Shown here in pieces: positions 52,712 to 64,000 of a stretch of DNA of 64,000 nucleotides; positions within the stretch are counted from its first letter, which is position 1, and every line of letters starts with the position of its first letter. Both the position numbers and the translations under genes were made by a program. Origin of the DNA: Hormiphora californensis (Eukaryota; Animalia; Ctenophora); the NCBI GenBank assembly GCA_020137815.1, contig CM035354.1, positions 3,472,001 through 3,536,000 on the forward strand, given 5' to 3'. The notes under the pieces are model-generated. The model ran no database searches, was not told the DNA's origin, and worked only from the letters and a program-made list of their open reading frames with translations.

Positions 52712-54714
52712 TAGAAGACGAGGGATGAGAGAGAGAGAGAGCGAGAGAGAGAGATAGAGAGAGAGAGAGGACAGAGAGAGGATGACCGAGTGACGAGAGA
52801 GAGAGAGAAGGGATATTGGGATAAAGAACAACATGGCAAATGATTGAGGTAAAGAAGACATCTCACGTATTTGATATTTCTCTGACACTTCTCCATTGAT
52901 CTCTCTCTCTCTCTCTCCCTCCCTATCTCTATCTGTCTCACTCTAGCTCTCTCTCACTCTCTCTCCGTCTCACAGATCCATCTTCAGCCCACCTCCGCCA
53001 CAAGAAGAATAGAGAGAGGGGTGGATGGACATATATTATATGTGGAGGGAGTATAGTAATAATGCGGTTAGCCGACGGGTTAAGTATATGGGGAATCCTT
53101 CCTCTCCTACTACTGCTTGCCTACGGTGTGTCTCGTGGCGGGCACCAATGATTCCGAGAAGAAGGGAGGGAGGGAGGGAGAGAGAGAGAGAGAGAGATGA
53201 GAGATAATGATGAGTGAGAGAAGGAGAGAGGAGAGAGAGAGAGAGAGGAGAGAGGGGGTGGTGAGAGCAATCATTGTCAGACAGAGTAATAAACGCTGAA
53301 TGGCCGTCACCCTAGACTACCCGAAAACCACTTGCTTCGAGAAGAGAGCGTGAAGGGAGAGAGAGAGATCGTAAATGCTGAGAGAGAGGGAGGGAGGGAG
53401 AGAGAGGGCTATAGAGTAAACGGATGCATTGCCATTATTGCTGCTGCAGCAGTGGAAGCTCCAGTTAACCACTTTCCATGGACATCCTCTCACCACCAAA
53501 AGAAGGTTGATTCCATGCTTGACATCCCCCACCAATCCCGTGCTTGTTTTCTGATCACGTGACAGACACCAGCCAATAGGAAGGGAGAGAGGAACAGCCA
53601 ATGAGAGATGGCTAATTAGGATGGGTTTCAATAGTATCAAGATATCATTAACGCACTTTGGAAACACCTGTGGATGGGGCTGTTGTAGTGCCACCTAGAT
53701 CTACACAAAACACGCCCTAAAATCATGACGATAGAGGGAGGGATAGAGGGAGGGGAAATGGATACAATAGGGAGAGAGAGATCTCATTACCCTCTTTTTA
53801 CTCAACTAAAACTGCAACACCTATTTCACGTGGCCGTATTACACAAAACCCAATCAATCTTCTTCTGAATGGGCCACCACGGAAGAAACACGACCCTTGT
53901 TTGTTATTAACAAACACTGAGTTATGGCAAATATATGATGTCTACAGCTGACATTTCCCACGAAACATAGTTTAAACAGCAGACAGCTGACAGAAGGGGA
54001 CAAAAAGTTATGTCTAATCAAAACTGCACCGTCTGCTAATCAAGTAAAAAACGTAGGAAAATAAAAATATCTGCACACAGTATTTAATAATCTGGCCGAG
54101 CGGCCCTGAGAGAGATTTGAGGAGAAATATTGCAGACTAGCCGGCTCTGAAAGTTATGAAACATGACTAGAAAGACAAAGAGAGAGAAATGAGGGGGGCG
54201 AGATAAGGTATGTGATTGTGTGTAATTTTATGTGGGAATTAACACTCTAAAGTTTCAACCGCCTACCACAACAGCAGCAACTGGATCAATGGGGTCGCAC
54301 CCTGCTCCCCCCATTACCACACCACTTCCACCCAGGTACATTTGTCTGATGACTAGGCATTAAATAGTTCTTAGGAAATCAGAGTAATTCAGAATGAGTG
54401 ACTTGAGATAGAGAGAAATGTAAAAAAGCGAATCTTTGTGCTGGGGTGGGGTGAAGACTGAAGAGAAGGGCCATTCTCTCACAGCATATATTTCAAACCA
54501 CGTTTGACAGCGTAACTGTATGAGAAGCAATTGAAAGCAGAAAGGCCGAGAGTGACCACGTTTCAAAAGATGGAGAGGCTAGAGAGAGGGCGAGAGAGGG
54601 CGAGAGAGAGAGAGAGAGACGAGAGCGAGAGAGAGAGGAGAGGAGAGAGAGAGAGAGACGAGGAGAGAGAGAGACGAGGAGGAGAGATGAGGAGCGAGAG
54701 AGGAGAGAGATGAC

Positions 54715-54747
<33 letters not shown>

Positions 54748-54753
54748 TGAGAC

Positions 54754-54800
<47 letters not shown>

Positions 54801-55670
54801 GATTGAAATGGTGCTGATGATGGTGGTGACTGGTACACTGGTAAACACGGCTCCAAGCACCCGACATCGTGTAATATACATGAGGGCCCCTGTTGTGATT
54901 GAATTGGGGGCAGCAGGGGGGACATGCAATGAAAATCAGCATCCATCCTCTCCGGAGCTCCATCTCTTTCTCTTTCTCTCTCCCTCTCTCATTCTCCCTC
55001 CCGATTTCTCGATCTCCCTGGTAAATTGCGAAACGGAAATGGGATGTCCTATCTAGAAAAAACTAAAAAATATCAATAGTAATAGTTTGTGTTCTGACGA
55101 GAGGAAAGGCGGGTGGAATTCAAGAATGCCTAGAACAAATTTGCTCTATGTTGTAAAGTTCATACTAATTGGTGGTCTATCATGTGAAATGAAAACTCTT
55201 CGGGAACAGATACTTTATATAGGGTTGTCAAAGATACCGAGTCAGTTTTAATGAGGTGTCAATAAAGGGAGGGTATCCTAAACATGTACTCAGCACACAC
55301 ATACCTGATACAGATGTTCCTGGAAGTGTCCGGGTTATTTTCTTCGAATTGCAAAACAACACTTTCTACTACTTCATACACTATTTCGGGAGGGGAAAAT
55401 GTTAACAAACTAAACGAGTAATACCTCAAAAAAGTGGATGTTTTATAAAGAGACGCATATGTTAAGAACACTCTTTATGGTATACTCATTATAACAAAAA
55501 GTATGTGCTCGTTCTCTATCTCTCTCTCTCCATCTGTGAATTTTACTTGGAGGGGGGGGGGGGTTGTGAGGGATGATAGACACCGGAAGTTGAGCCAGAC
55601 AAGGGGCTTGTGTGTGGTATAATAAGACACGTTTATTATGCGAGGGAGAGTTCCTGTATGCGAAATAGGG

Positions 55671-55797
<127 letters not shown>

Positions 55798-57030
55798 GGA
55801 CGATGCCGTGTGGTAAGTCAAGGGTCCCACCTTTTCCGACAACTTGACCCTCAAGAAGGAACGAGGACGAGAGGGAGACGAGAGGCAAGAGAGGAATCTC
55901 TTCCTCAATTTCATAAAAGTCGCAGAAACACGCACATATTGAGAGTGTGGAAGGGGGCAGAAAACGGGAAGCTTTCAGGGGAGACACCCTAGGGAGATAA
56001 GGCAGGTAATTAGGAAAAATGGAGAGAGAGAGAGAGGAAGAGAAGAGAGAGTGAGAGAGAGAAAGAGATGAGAGAGAGGGATAGAGCAGACAAGGGAAGA
56101 GGAGTGTGACGACGTTAGAGGTATGCGAAGTAAAGAGGAGAGAAAGAGAGAGAAGCGACAGAGAGAAATAGAAAGACATAGAAAGACAGTGAGAGAGGGG
56201 AGGAAGAGAGGAAGAGTAGAGAGAAAGGGGACATGCCGTTTGGGAAAGAAGGACATCCCCTTTCTCTCATTTACCTAAAGAGAAAGGTAACGAGAGGAGA
56301 GGGAGGGCACCAAGAGGACACATTATACTTAGAAGCGTGGTGTATCAGGGGGCCTCAGGAACTAAACGGGAAGCATTTTCAGGGGAGACACACCCCTTTT
56401 CTTTTGGTGCAATATAAACGGGCAGGTAATTAGGAATAAATATGCGCGAGAGAGAGAGAGAAAGAGAGAGTGAGAGAGAGAAAGTAGATAGATAGAGAGG
56501 GGTATAGAGCAGACAAAGGGGGAAGTAGGATGTGTGCAGCACCTGTCTAGAGGTATGCGATTATTCAACAAGGCAGGCAGAGAAAGAAAGAGAGAAAAGG
56601 ACAGAGAGAAACTAGAAAGATAGAGTTAGAAAGAAAGTGAGAGAGGGGGAGGAATAGCCAATAAAATATGCCTGCAACGAGTAATAAGCAAAACTATTAG
56701 ACAGGGTGACTCCAGCTAACATATGCACAGAATAGTACCCGAACCAGAAATTTATTGATTTGCCGGCTGGTATCAGTCAGCCCTTTTGTTTTTTAACATA
56801 ACTGGTCAGAGGAAGATAGTCAAAACAGATAAGCATTGTTTAAAGCAGGAACAGCTGTCGATATACCATCTGCTAATACGTCATGATGATAGTCTGAGAG
56901 GGTTTTTCCAAGTACCAAAATGACAGCCGGTGGAATCAGATCGGAACTGTATTTTTGTTACGGGGGAGGGAGGGGTGGGATGTATCTTTCAGCGGGTATG
57001 GGTAGGGGGTTAGCGGGTATGGGTAGGGTT

Positions 57031-57354
57031 TTATTTAGCTTGCTTGACCCTGTTTGCAGCTGTTGAGGGGAAGATCTGGCCGAGATCAGGGTGGCTGCTG
57101 CATCTGTTATTGTTGCGCGCGCGGTGAGAGAGTTCTTGCGCGGCGCACACGAGGTTAAGAGGACCAGAGTTGCGGTACGGCGCCCTCCGTCCTCCACTGA
57201 CCAGGATTGTGACCGGCACTCTGCTCCAGGGGGCTCGCCCGAACATGCCCCACTGTACCACTGCACCACAACTGACAAGTGGGTACGGATAGGAGCCGGA
57301 GGGACGGCAATTCTGACACATGTGTGTGTGTACTCGTTCATCTCGGCATGACAT
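57031..57354 (-). CDS. Candidate small ORF or first exon (107 aa, Cys/His-rich N-terminus), function unknown
   Basis: GC-rich island; pyrimidine-rich acceptor CTACTCTTCCTAG ends 2 nt before the ATG; no recognised homology. Confidence 0.3.
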   Translation of the reverse strand: MSCRDERVHTHMCQNCRPSGSYPYPLVSCGAVVQWGMFGRAPWSRVPVTILVSGGRRAPYRNSGPLNLVCAAQELSHRARNNNRCSSHPDLGQIFPSTAANRVKQAK

Positions 57355-57768
57355 GGCTAGGAAGAGTAGTAGCTGGGATTAGGTACGATGGGGAAGAAGT
57401 ATTAGCTTGGAATGTGTAAGTTAATATGTGAAGATAAGAACTGGGCGATAGCGGGGGAGAAATAAGTTGTAATCAGTGATTCAACACCAGCTAGGAGAGT
57501 GGGGAGCGAGGGAATTTATACATAAAACTCTGTGGAGAAAAGATATAAACAGAAAATATACATTTGTACAAAGATTTACAAGATTTTGTAACAGAAAAAA
57601 AGTAACCCTAGTTAAGAAAGGTATGAACTATAAAATAAAGGGTGTTAAAAATATATCTGCCCATGCGTTCTCACGCTTTCTGAACATCTGCCACACTCTA
57701 TAAAATTGAAATTTGAGTCGCACGAGTTTCCAAACACACAGTCCCCTCCTCCCTATGTTGTGTCTACA

Positions 57769-60225
57769 TCAGGGCAGCCGTTTTAATATCGCTGCTACAA
57801 GCAACTCCCTCATAAAATCAGATGTATCCATGGTATCCGAGTGGTTCTGATTCCATTTCCCCCAGCAAACCTCCTCTCGGACAAAAAACCGTCTGTAGAG
57901 GGGATCAACCACCCGCACAGAGCTGGCCAGCTGGTCCCTATAAACCCCAAAGGTTTGTCCCTTTTCTGGAGTTCTAATTGAAAACATTAAGCCCTGTTTT
58001 GAGTTAGTTCCGGTAACCAAGACTCCACCACCCCAAACCACGCATCTCATGCCATCACCCCACACCGCGTTAACACTTTTATCTGAGAAAACCTGGGTTC
58101 TCTCACTCACATCGGGATTATTTTGCCCAACTCCGGCCCTAACAATGGCAGAGGTAGCCATGGAAACCAGGGATAGAGTTCTACCAATCCTAAGGAGCAG
58201 ATAGTGCGATCTAGAGAAGTGGTGGGGTGGGGTGAGACACATTGAAAACACCCCATTTTGTGGTGTTGTTGAAAGTGAAGCTGCTTGTTCTGGATTCAGG
58301 AACACTCTGACTTTGTTCTGGGTAAAGGTGAGATCTTGAGTTCGTATGGAGATTAGTGAGAGATAGGGTTGGGTTGAGTAGAGAGGATCTGCAAAGAGAT
58401 AACAAAAGACAGCAAGATCACCCCCGGGAGATACAGCAACACCCAGTAGCCTAGTTGGAGGTGTCCACTTTGGTTTAAACATCCGATACTTCGCTGAAAA
58501 GAGAGAGTCTCCTATTGTTTTTCTGATCACCACAATCCCATCCACTTCAACTTCCCCCACGTCAGAACTGACAAAAGTGCTCTCCACAAGCCCACTCTCC
58601 GTGTTTACCCGCCTACTAATGGGCTTACTACCTAGACCAAGCTGAGAAATCTTCTCCTCAGTTGTGCGTGCAGCACCCACCACCTCCTGTCTTGTCTTAG
58701 CGTTCTTGACGTCAAAGTATTCTGTAGCACCCTTTACGAGCCGTGTGTACTGTAGATCTGCACCACTGACCACTGTCCGGAGGGGAATCACATACCCAAA
58801 AGCATCAAAACACCCCTCGATGTACTCCCATTCGATTATAACTGAGTCAGCGATACTAAGAAACGACACCTCATCCCGGACCACTATATCAGTAATTGGG
58901 GAGGTGTGACCTTTACAAACATCAACTACTAACGATCCATCCGCTGTCTTGTTCCGGGGTATTGGATACTCAGAAGAAGGAAAGTCCGGATCAGAACCCG
59001 TCCTGAGAACTCGTAGAATAACATTCTCCTCACAGGACACATAGAACAAACACTGATCATTGAGGGATGTGTAGATTGGGACAGGAACAGCCCAAAGTGG
59101 TCTATAGACCTTCCCTTTTTGAGGCCCTTTCTCCACAGTAACCTCCCCAAAACTCCACTCCTTGTTCAAATTCTTGCCAGTTAGGGACCAAGAAGAGATG
59201 AGAGAGTTGTTAGAGGAGAGAATGACATCCTCTTTGCCATACCAAGACAGGTAGGTGGCCCCCTCTCCGGCCACCCCTGCAGCCTGTTTGTGGGGCACTC
59301 CCGTGTGAAATATGTGAATGGATTGCTTGGTTGCCATGGCAACATATAGCAGAGATGGGGAAATGGCAGAGTGGAGGACGGGAGAGGTTACAGGAAGATT
59401 CACAGGAGTGGAGGAGAGATGTTTCCAGAGCCCAACCTCGCCCTCACAGAACCTATCAAACAGGGGTGGGTGGTAGAGGGGCTCTAAACTGCGGACATCA
59501 AAATGCATCGCTGCAGAAATAACATCTGCATCTGCGTTAGTATCCTCACGATCTATTTCTTGGACCTCCTCCAAACCTTCAATATCGATCAGACTGAGTT
59601 GTAATCGGTGTCTGTAAACCACTTCTTTTCTTTTTGCCCTATCCAGACACAAATCACTAAGGAGATTCTTAGCAACCTCGAAAATCTGGCTGTCCCCCTC
59701 CCGCTCACAAACCCTTAGAACAGACTGCAGGACCCAATTAGAGGCAAATGATTCAGCGACATTGACATCCCCGATACACTGTTTCACAATCACTTTCATC
59801 TCCCGAGATAGAGTTTCACCCCAGACTTGCTCGAACAGATGACCCACTACCTGCTGCTTGAGGGTCTGAGAAAGGAAGTTTCTAACTAGGACATCGTAGT
59901 CTTTTGAGAGAGTATCATAGAATGCGATCCGTTCTCGGGCGGGTCGTGACACCTCAACCTCTCTCACCGCATCATAAACGAGGGAGGTGACAATGTTATT
60001 TATCCAGGGGTATTCTAACTTTTTAGCCCGTTCCACGGGTGGTGGAGTGGGTGGCTGAGCTGAGACGAGATAGGGTTTGAGGAGTAGCCGTTTAGAGAGT
60101 TTCTTGTGCCGATCAATCAGTTTCATTCGCTGGGTCATGAGGTTTTCTCGCTGTTCTCTAAGTTCGTCCATTGTGTATCGGCAGTGTTCTGAATACAAAT
60201 CATGATCTTTCACGGCCGATATCAT
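57769..60225 (-). CDS. Uncharacterised 818-aa intronless protein: N-terminal helical/coiled region plus probable WD40-like beta-propeller
   Basis: Uninterrupted 2457-bp ORF; WD-like segments KGHTSPITDIVVRDEVSFLSIADSVIIEWE, ATYLSWYGKEDVILSSNNSLISSWSL, VLHSAISPSLLYVAMA and GVAVSPGGDLAVF. Confidence 0.8.
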   Translation of the reverse strand: MISAVKDHDLYSEHCRYTMDELREQRENLMTQRMKLIDRHKKLSKRLLLKPYLVSAQPPTPPPVERAKKLEYPWINNIVTSLVYDAVREVEVSRPARERIAFYDTLSKDYDVLVRNFLSQTLKQQVVGHLFEQVWGETLSREMKVIVKQCIGDVNVAESFASNWVLQSVLRVCEREGDSQIFEVAKNLLSDLCLDRAKRKEVVYRHRLQLSLIDIEGLEEVQEIDREDTNADADVISAAMHFDVRSLEPLYHPPLFDRFCEGEVGLWKHLSSTPVNLPVTSPVLHSAISPSLLYVAMATKQSIHIFHTGVPHKQAAGVAGEGATYLSWYGKEDVILSSNNSLISSWSLTGKNLNKEWSFGEVTVEKGPQKGKVYRPLWAVPVPIYTSLNDQCLFYVSCEENVILRVLRTGSDPDFPSSEYPIPRNKTADGSLVVDVCKGHTSPITDIVVRDEVSFLSIADSVIIEWEYIEGCFDAFGYVIPLRTVVSGADLQYTRLVKGATEYFDVKNAKTRQEVVGAARTTEEKISQLGLGSKPISRRVNTESGLVESTFVSSDVGEVEVDGIVVIRKTIGDSLFSAKYRMFKPKWTPPTRLLGVAVSPGGDLAVFCYLFADPLYSTQPYLSLISIRTQDLTFTQNKVRVFLNPEQAASLSTTPQNGVFSMCLTPPHHFSRSHYLLLRIGRTLSLVSMATSAIVRAGVGQNNPDVSERTQVFSDKSVNAVWGDGMRCVVWGGGVLVTGTNSKQGLMFSIRTPEKGQTFGVYRDQLASSVRVVDPLYRRFFVREEVCWGKWNQNHSDTMDTSDFMRELLVAAILKRLP

Positions 60226-60636
60226 TACCTATTAGTAGTTGTAGTTAGAAACTACAACGATGGGAACTGTTTTATGACAAAAAGCAACAAAATCGTGGAA
60301 ATTTGGTAAGATCTCGAAGGGGACCCTAATAAAGTTGTTACTTGTCACAGCGTAGGGCGTAACCTACATTGACCAATCACACTTCACGGTGTAGAACACG
60401 GGGATATCACATGCACGTTTGAGATGATATGTATTGGGATTGAACCAATCTGATTGGTCAATGTTAACAATCTCTATTAGACACACGTTTAAATTGACCT
60501 ACGCAGACTACCAAATGCCAACAATTATTATTAATTATTATATGAAATCTAGTAAACACAAAAATGCCAACAAATTGAAAGCACAAAATCGCCAACTGTT
60601 TGCGAGCGCTGGCCGCTGTAGCCTGTAATCTCGGAA

Positions 60637-60866
60637 ATGGGCGTACTCCGCAACTTTGGAGGGGCCTGCTTCGCCACCTCAATCACACACCGGGCCCTCA
60701 CAACCCTTACAGCTTACCAGGTACCAGATCTGCCACCCAGGGACTTGCTGGCAGCTGGGCTGAGCGCCAAGTGGCCATCTAGAACGCAGCGTTTTTGGCG
60801 GCCACTTGGAGACTGCTCACTGCCTGCCGCTTGTAGGCCTCTCTGAAGGTGCGGGGGTACGCCCAT
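60637..60866 (+). ncRNA. Candidate structured RNA/ssDNA fold-back (unknown family)
   Basis: 33-position closing stem (27 WC, 5 G.U, 1 A.G mismatch, 1 bulge on the + strand) enclosing further hairpins (CCAAGTGGCC/GGCCACTTGG; CTGCCA/TGGCAG). Confidence 0.45.
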
Positions 60867-61054
60867 GAGCGGATTTTAGCCAAGAAAGGGTCGGAAAGTA
60901 GCCGAGAAGACATCGAAAAAAGTAAAAAAAGAGAGAAAAAAGGTTTGCTTTCAACTTTAAAAAAGTTCGAATCTTTTGTTACGCCAAACGAAGGAACAAT
61001 AAATTATAATAAATTACCCACACACCGTCATACTCTCATACTCCCTCTCTCTGC

Positions 61055-64000
61055 TCACTTGTCTCGAAAGTCTACATCTTCCACACTGACTGGGACAACC
61101 CTTCTCTTGGTTCCCCGAAGCGCAACAAGAGTTGATCTTAACAAACTGAATCGTGTCTTTTCTCGGATGAAGGACATGGTTTCAGCGTAACTCTCCTTGT
61201 GCCTGTCACAGATCTTCCTGGCCGCTCGCTCCAAAACCTTCCCTACTTCTCCGGCAAAACCTCCCGACGTGGAGAATACGAGGGGCGTGAAGGAACCCTG
61301 CTCCACTTCTTGCACCCTTCGCATATAGGCAAGTTTCTTCTGATTTTGGTGCTGTTTATACAGGTTCGTGATGGGCATCTTCAGGTAGGATGGGGCATTA
61401 GGATGGAAAACCCGTACATCCATGAAACTGGTCTGCATGTCAGACCATAAGCCACGACAGACTATGTCCATTCGTGCTTCAGCTTTGATATTTGCACTGA
61501 TTGGCAGGTTGAATCCGTCACAGGGCAACATTGGCTGTTCAGTGTTAACGGGTTTAAATCCCGCATACCGAAGGATATCGGCTAAGGTATCCCGAAGGTG
61601 GTCATGTCTCCACATATCAAAGCCTCCAACCTTGCAGATCAAGGCGTGGTCACTGGTGTTTTGTGCCCCACAGCCGCATTTCCCTATCAGGTCCGGGAAG
61701 TGGAAGCCGTATCTGAGCCGAATGGCATCGACAAACTCAACCTGGTTGAGCTCATGGCCCAGTTTCTGCAGCGGTCGAGCAGTTAGCCAACTAGAAGCAC
61801 CGGGTTCGGAGCACAGCTCCATCGCACGCTGTGTCTTCATATCAAGTACTGCAAAGATATCTGCACGTTCCGTTGCATGCCTCTCATCAGTGGCGTCGGC
61901 ACACTTCTTCTTCAAATTTCCGCTTTTCATCTCGACATCCATGATGTTATTTGGACAGTCCTCTTCCGCCAGGATAAGAGACACTAGTGGTCCGGTAGCA
62001 AAACGGGAATTATTGTATTCTTGATTAGCCGTTTGTACCGGATTTTCCAATGCCATACCTCCCATCTTGACGGGGAGTGCTAGGATCCTCCTCTCAATGT
62101 CCGAGATATGCTTTCCCACAAATAGGGGTATCAGCTTGTGCCTCAGGATGTCTTCCATAGGTTGGAACAAGTGCCCTATATCAGGTAGTGTTCGCTGCAG
62201 GTACGACCACTTCATTTTCAAACTGCGGACATAGTTCGAATATGCAAGGTGGGGGTGAGTTTTCGCAACAGTAACCAGGTTTTCAAGGCAGCTCACCCAT
62301 TCGGAAACTTTGTTCGTAACAAATGTTGTCTTGAATTCAGTCGATCCGATTGCTGCACCGAGGTGTCTGGCACCAGCAGTTGTAATCTGTACACCGGTCT
62401 CACCGAATAACTCCTGTGCCTTCTCCAGGTGGTGCTCCTTTGCGATCAGGACACATTTATCGGGGTTGATATGGTACCCGAATGCTGGACCGTGTGTTGT
62501 GATGATTTCGTACCACTCATGTAGTCCAGAGATGGTTCCTGCAGCATTTCCATCGTCAGCGTACCATACCTGCAGTACATCTTCGAGATCAGCCAGACTA
62601 ATCAGGGGGAGAACGCCGATACTGTACATTGCCATTGCAGATGGACAGCCCTGCGTGGCACCCTCTTCGCTCATCAACACTTGGTTTCCGACGTACAATG
62701 GTGATGGTGCCCCGTATAGATTGTTGAACAGTTGTGCAAGTATGGGACAAAGTCTGTCAACACTATGCAGCGCAAGTCCTCTGTTCAAGCGATTGAAGGC
62801 GTTACTTGCATCTAACAGAAGAGCACCCTCACAATCAGCTTCCTCAAACCGATCGGATAGTGAATGAATGGCTGCCTCACAGCCGCCAGACTGCCCTGCA
62901 GCCAACTGTACACAGTTTGCAGCAACTTTAAAGTAAGAGTGGCGCGCCGTGTTTTCTCACAAAACTTAGTGGATGAACGGGGAGTACCACCAGGACCATT
63001 GGTACGGTATCGAAAATTTCCAATTCTGTCTCGTTCATTAGTTATGACGTAATATGTTCATTATTTCAACTTTCATAAAACTGCTCTTCAGAAAAATCTG
63101 TACATTGTGGATTGAAATGGATGCTTGCATCGTGTTCAGCGTCAAAAAATAGCCGGGGTACCAAATTTTGGTGTCTCTACCTTGTCTGTGACGCGAGATA
63201 TCGACAATTATCAAAAACTACCAAAATGGGTGAGAGAGAGATTGTTATCTTTGGGTGCTAGTTGTTTCTGCGCGCCACCCACTTGTAACAAACTCTCTTT
63301 CTCTCACTTTGGTCGTTTTTGATATTTGTCGATATCTCGCGTCACAGACAAGGTAGAGACACCAAAATTTGGTACCCCGGCTATTTTTTGACGCTGAACA
63401 CGATGCAAGCATCCATTTCAATCCACAATGTACAGATTTTTCTGAAGAGCAATTTTAGAAAAGTTGAAATAATGGACATATTACGTCATAACTAATGAAC
63501 GAGACAGAATTGGAAATTTTCGATACCGTACCAATGGTCCTGGTGGTACTCCCCGTTCATCCACTAAGTTTTGTGAGAAAACACGGCGCGCCACTCTTAC
63601 TTTAATCGCTACACGCTGGGAGAAGATAATAGCTTTGACGACTATTCTCCTGAACACTTCTCCAATACCGATTGGCCGAGTACCACCATCTGTCTTCTCC
63701 AGTGGAATCAGGCGAGACGAGCAGAATATTGCAAGAAAGTCACCATGAACTTCGGTAGTTGCAAGTTTCTGGGCAACCAAACTCAAGGCATCACACAGCG
63801 CCGTAGACGATTGTTTGAATTTCTTTGCACATAGGATTCTGCTCACCCCGGAGGCGTCAAAACCACTGGGACCACCTGAACCTTTGATATTTAACCCACA
63901 TTTGTAAATGCTCTCACCGGTTATGCCCTGAAATGTGACTGGCTGGTGGTCGGCAGGTGGGTCACTGTGTACATATTTGCTGCTGATAGGTGAAGCGGGT
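61055..64000 (-). mobile_element. CRE-clade non-LTR retrotransposon (RT + CCHC zinc knuckle + restriction-like endonuclease); ORF runs off the window end and is interrupted at 62932-63601
   Basis: GSGGPSG, RLIPLEK..GTRPIGIGEVFRR, QLAAGQSGGCEAAIH, LLLDASNAFN, EEGATQGCP, WYADD, HLGAAIG; CGC..DHALIC..RHD; ARMDI..DVRVFHP..K..Y; stop at 61055. Removing the insert and one TTAA restores the frame (..VAIK-VAANCVQLAAG..). Confidence 0.93.
62932..63601. mobile_element. Non-autonomous Kolobok-like foldback element
   Basis: TTAA|AGTAAGAGTGGCGCGCCG ... CGGCGCGCCACTCTTACT|TTAA; 670-bp near-perfect palindrome. TTAA TSD with AG..CT (RR..YY) termini fits Kolobok rather than piggyBac (CCC..GGG). Confidence 0.88.

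Noticed and set aside
60618-60870. SRP (7SL) RNA suggested by GCCTGTAATC, or telomerase RNA suggested by CAACCCTTAC
   Set aside because: No SRP helix-8 motif (CAGG-GNRA-AGCAG) and an internal T5 run; the putative template does not match CTAACCCTAA.
61422-62867. Long + strand ORFs (200 aa, 185 aa)
   Set aside because: Antisense shadows of the retrotransposon ORF.

Overview
Intron-rich animal (eukaryotic) genomic DNA with abundant (GA)n/(TC)n microsatellites. A 109-bp repeat resembles one I recall from cydippid ctenophore (Pleurobrachia-like) genomes, so a ctenophore origin is inferred but not verified. Four host genes lie on the minus strand: a spliced DUF3504 (Crypton tyrosine-recombinase-derived) gene (954-5614), CEP131/AZI1 (15292-20593), a complete ~20-exon plexin (22029-35038) and an intronless 818-aa WD40-like gene (57769-60225). 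The window ends inside a CRE-clade non-LTR retrotransposon (RT + CCHC + restriction-like endonuclease) whose ORF is split by a TTAA-targeting foldback element. At least seven non-autonomous DNA transposons carry readable TIRs and flanking direct repeats (TTA, TA, 8 bp, 6 bp, TTAA). Region 11161-14760 looks like an unpolished, homopolymer-inflated segment, largely duplicating 8300-11165 (probable assembly artefact). Most notable observations: a ~230-nt G.U-biased fold-back structure antisense to the retrotransposon 3' end, the apparently domesticated and catalytically degenerate Crypton gene, splice acceptors 2-11 nt before every start codon (possible SL trans-splicing/operon), and two further candidate structured RNAs.
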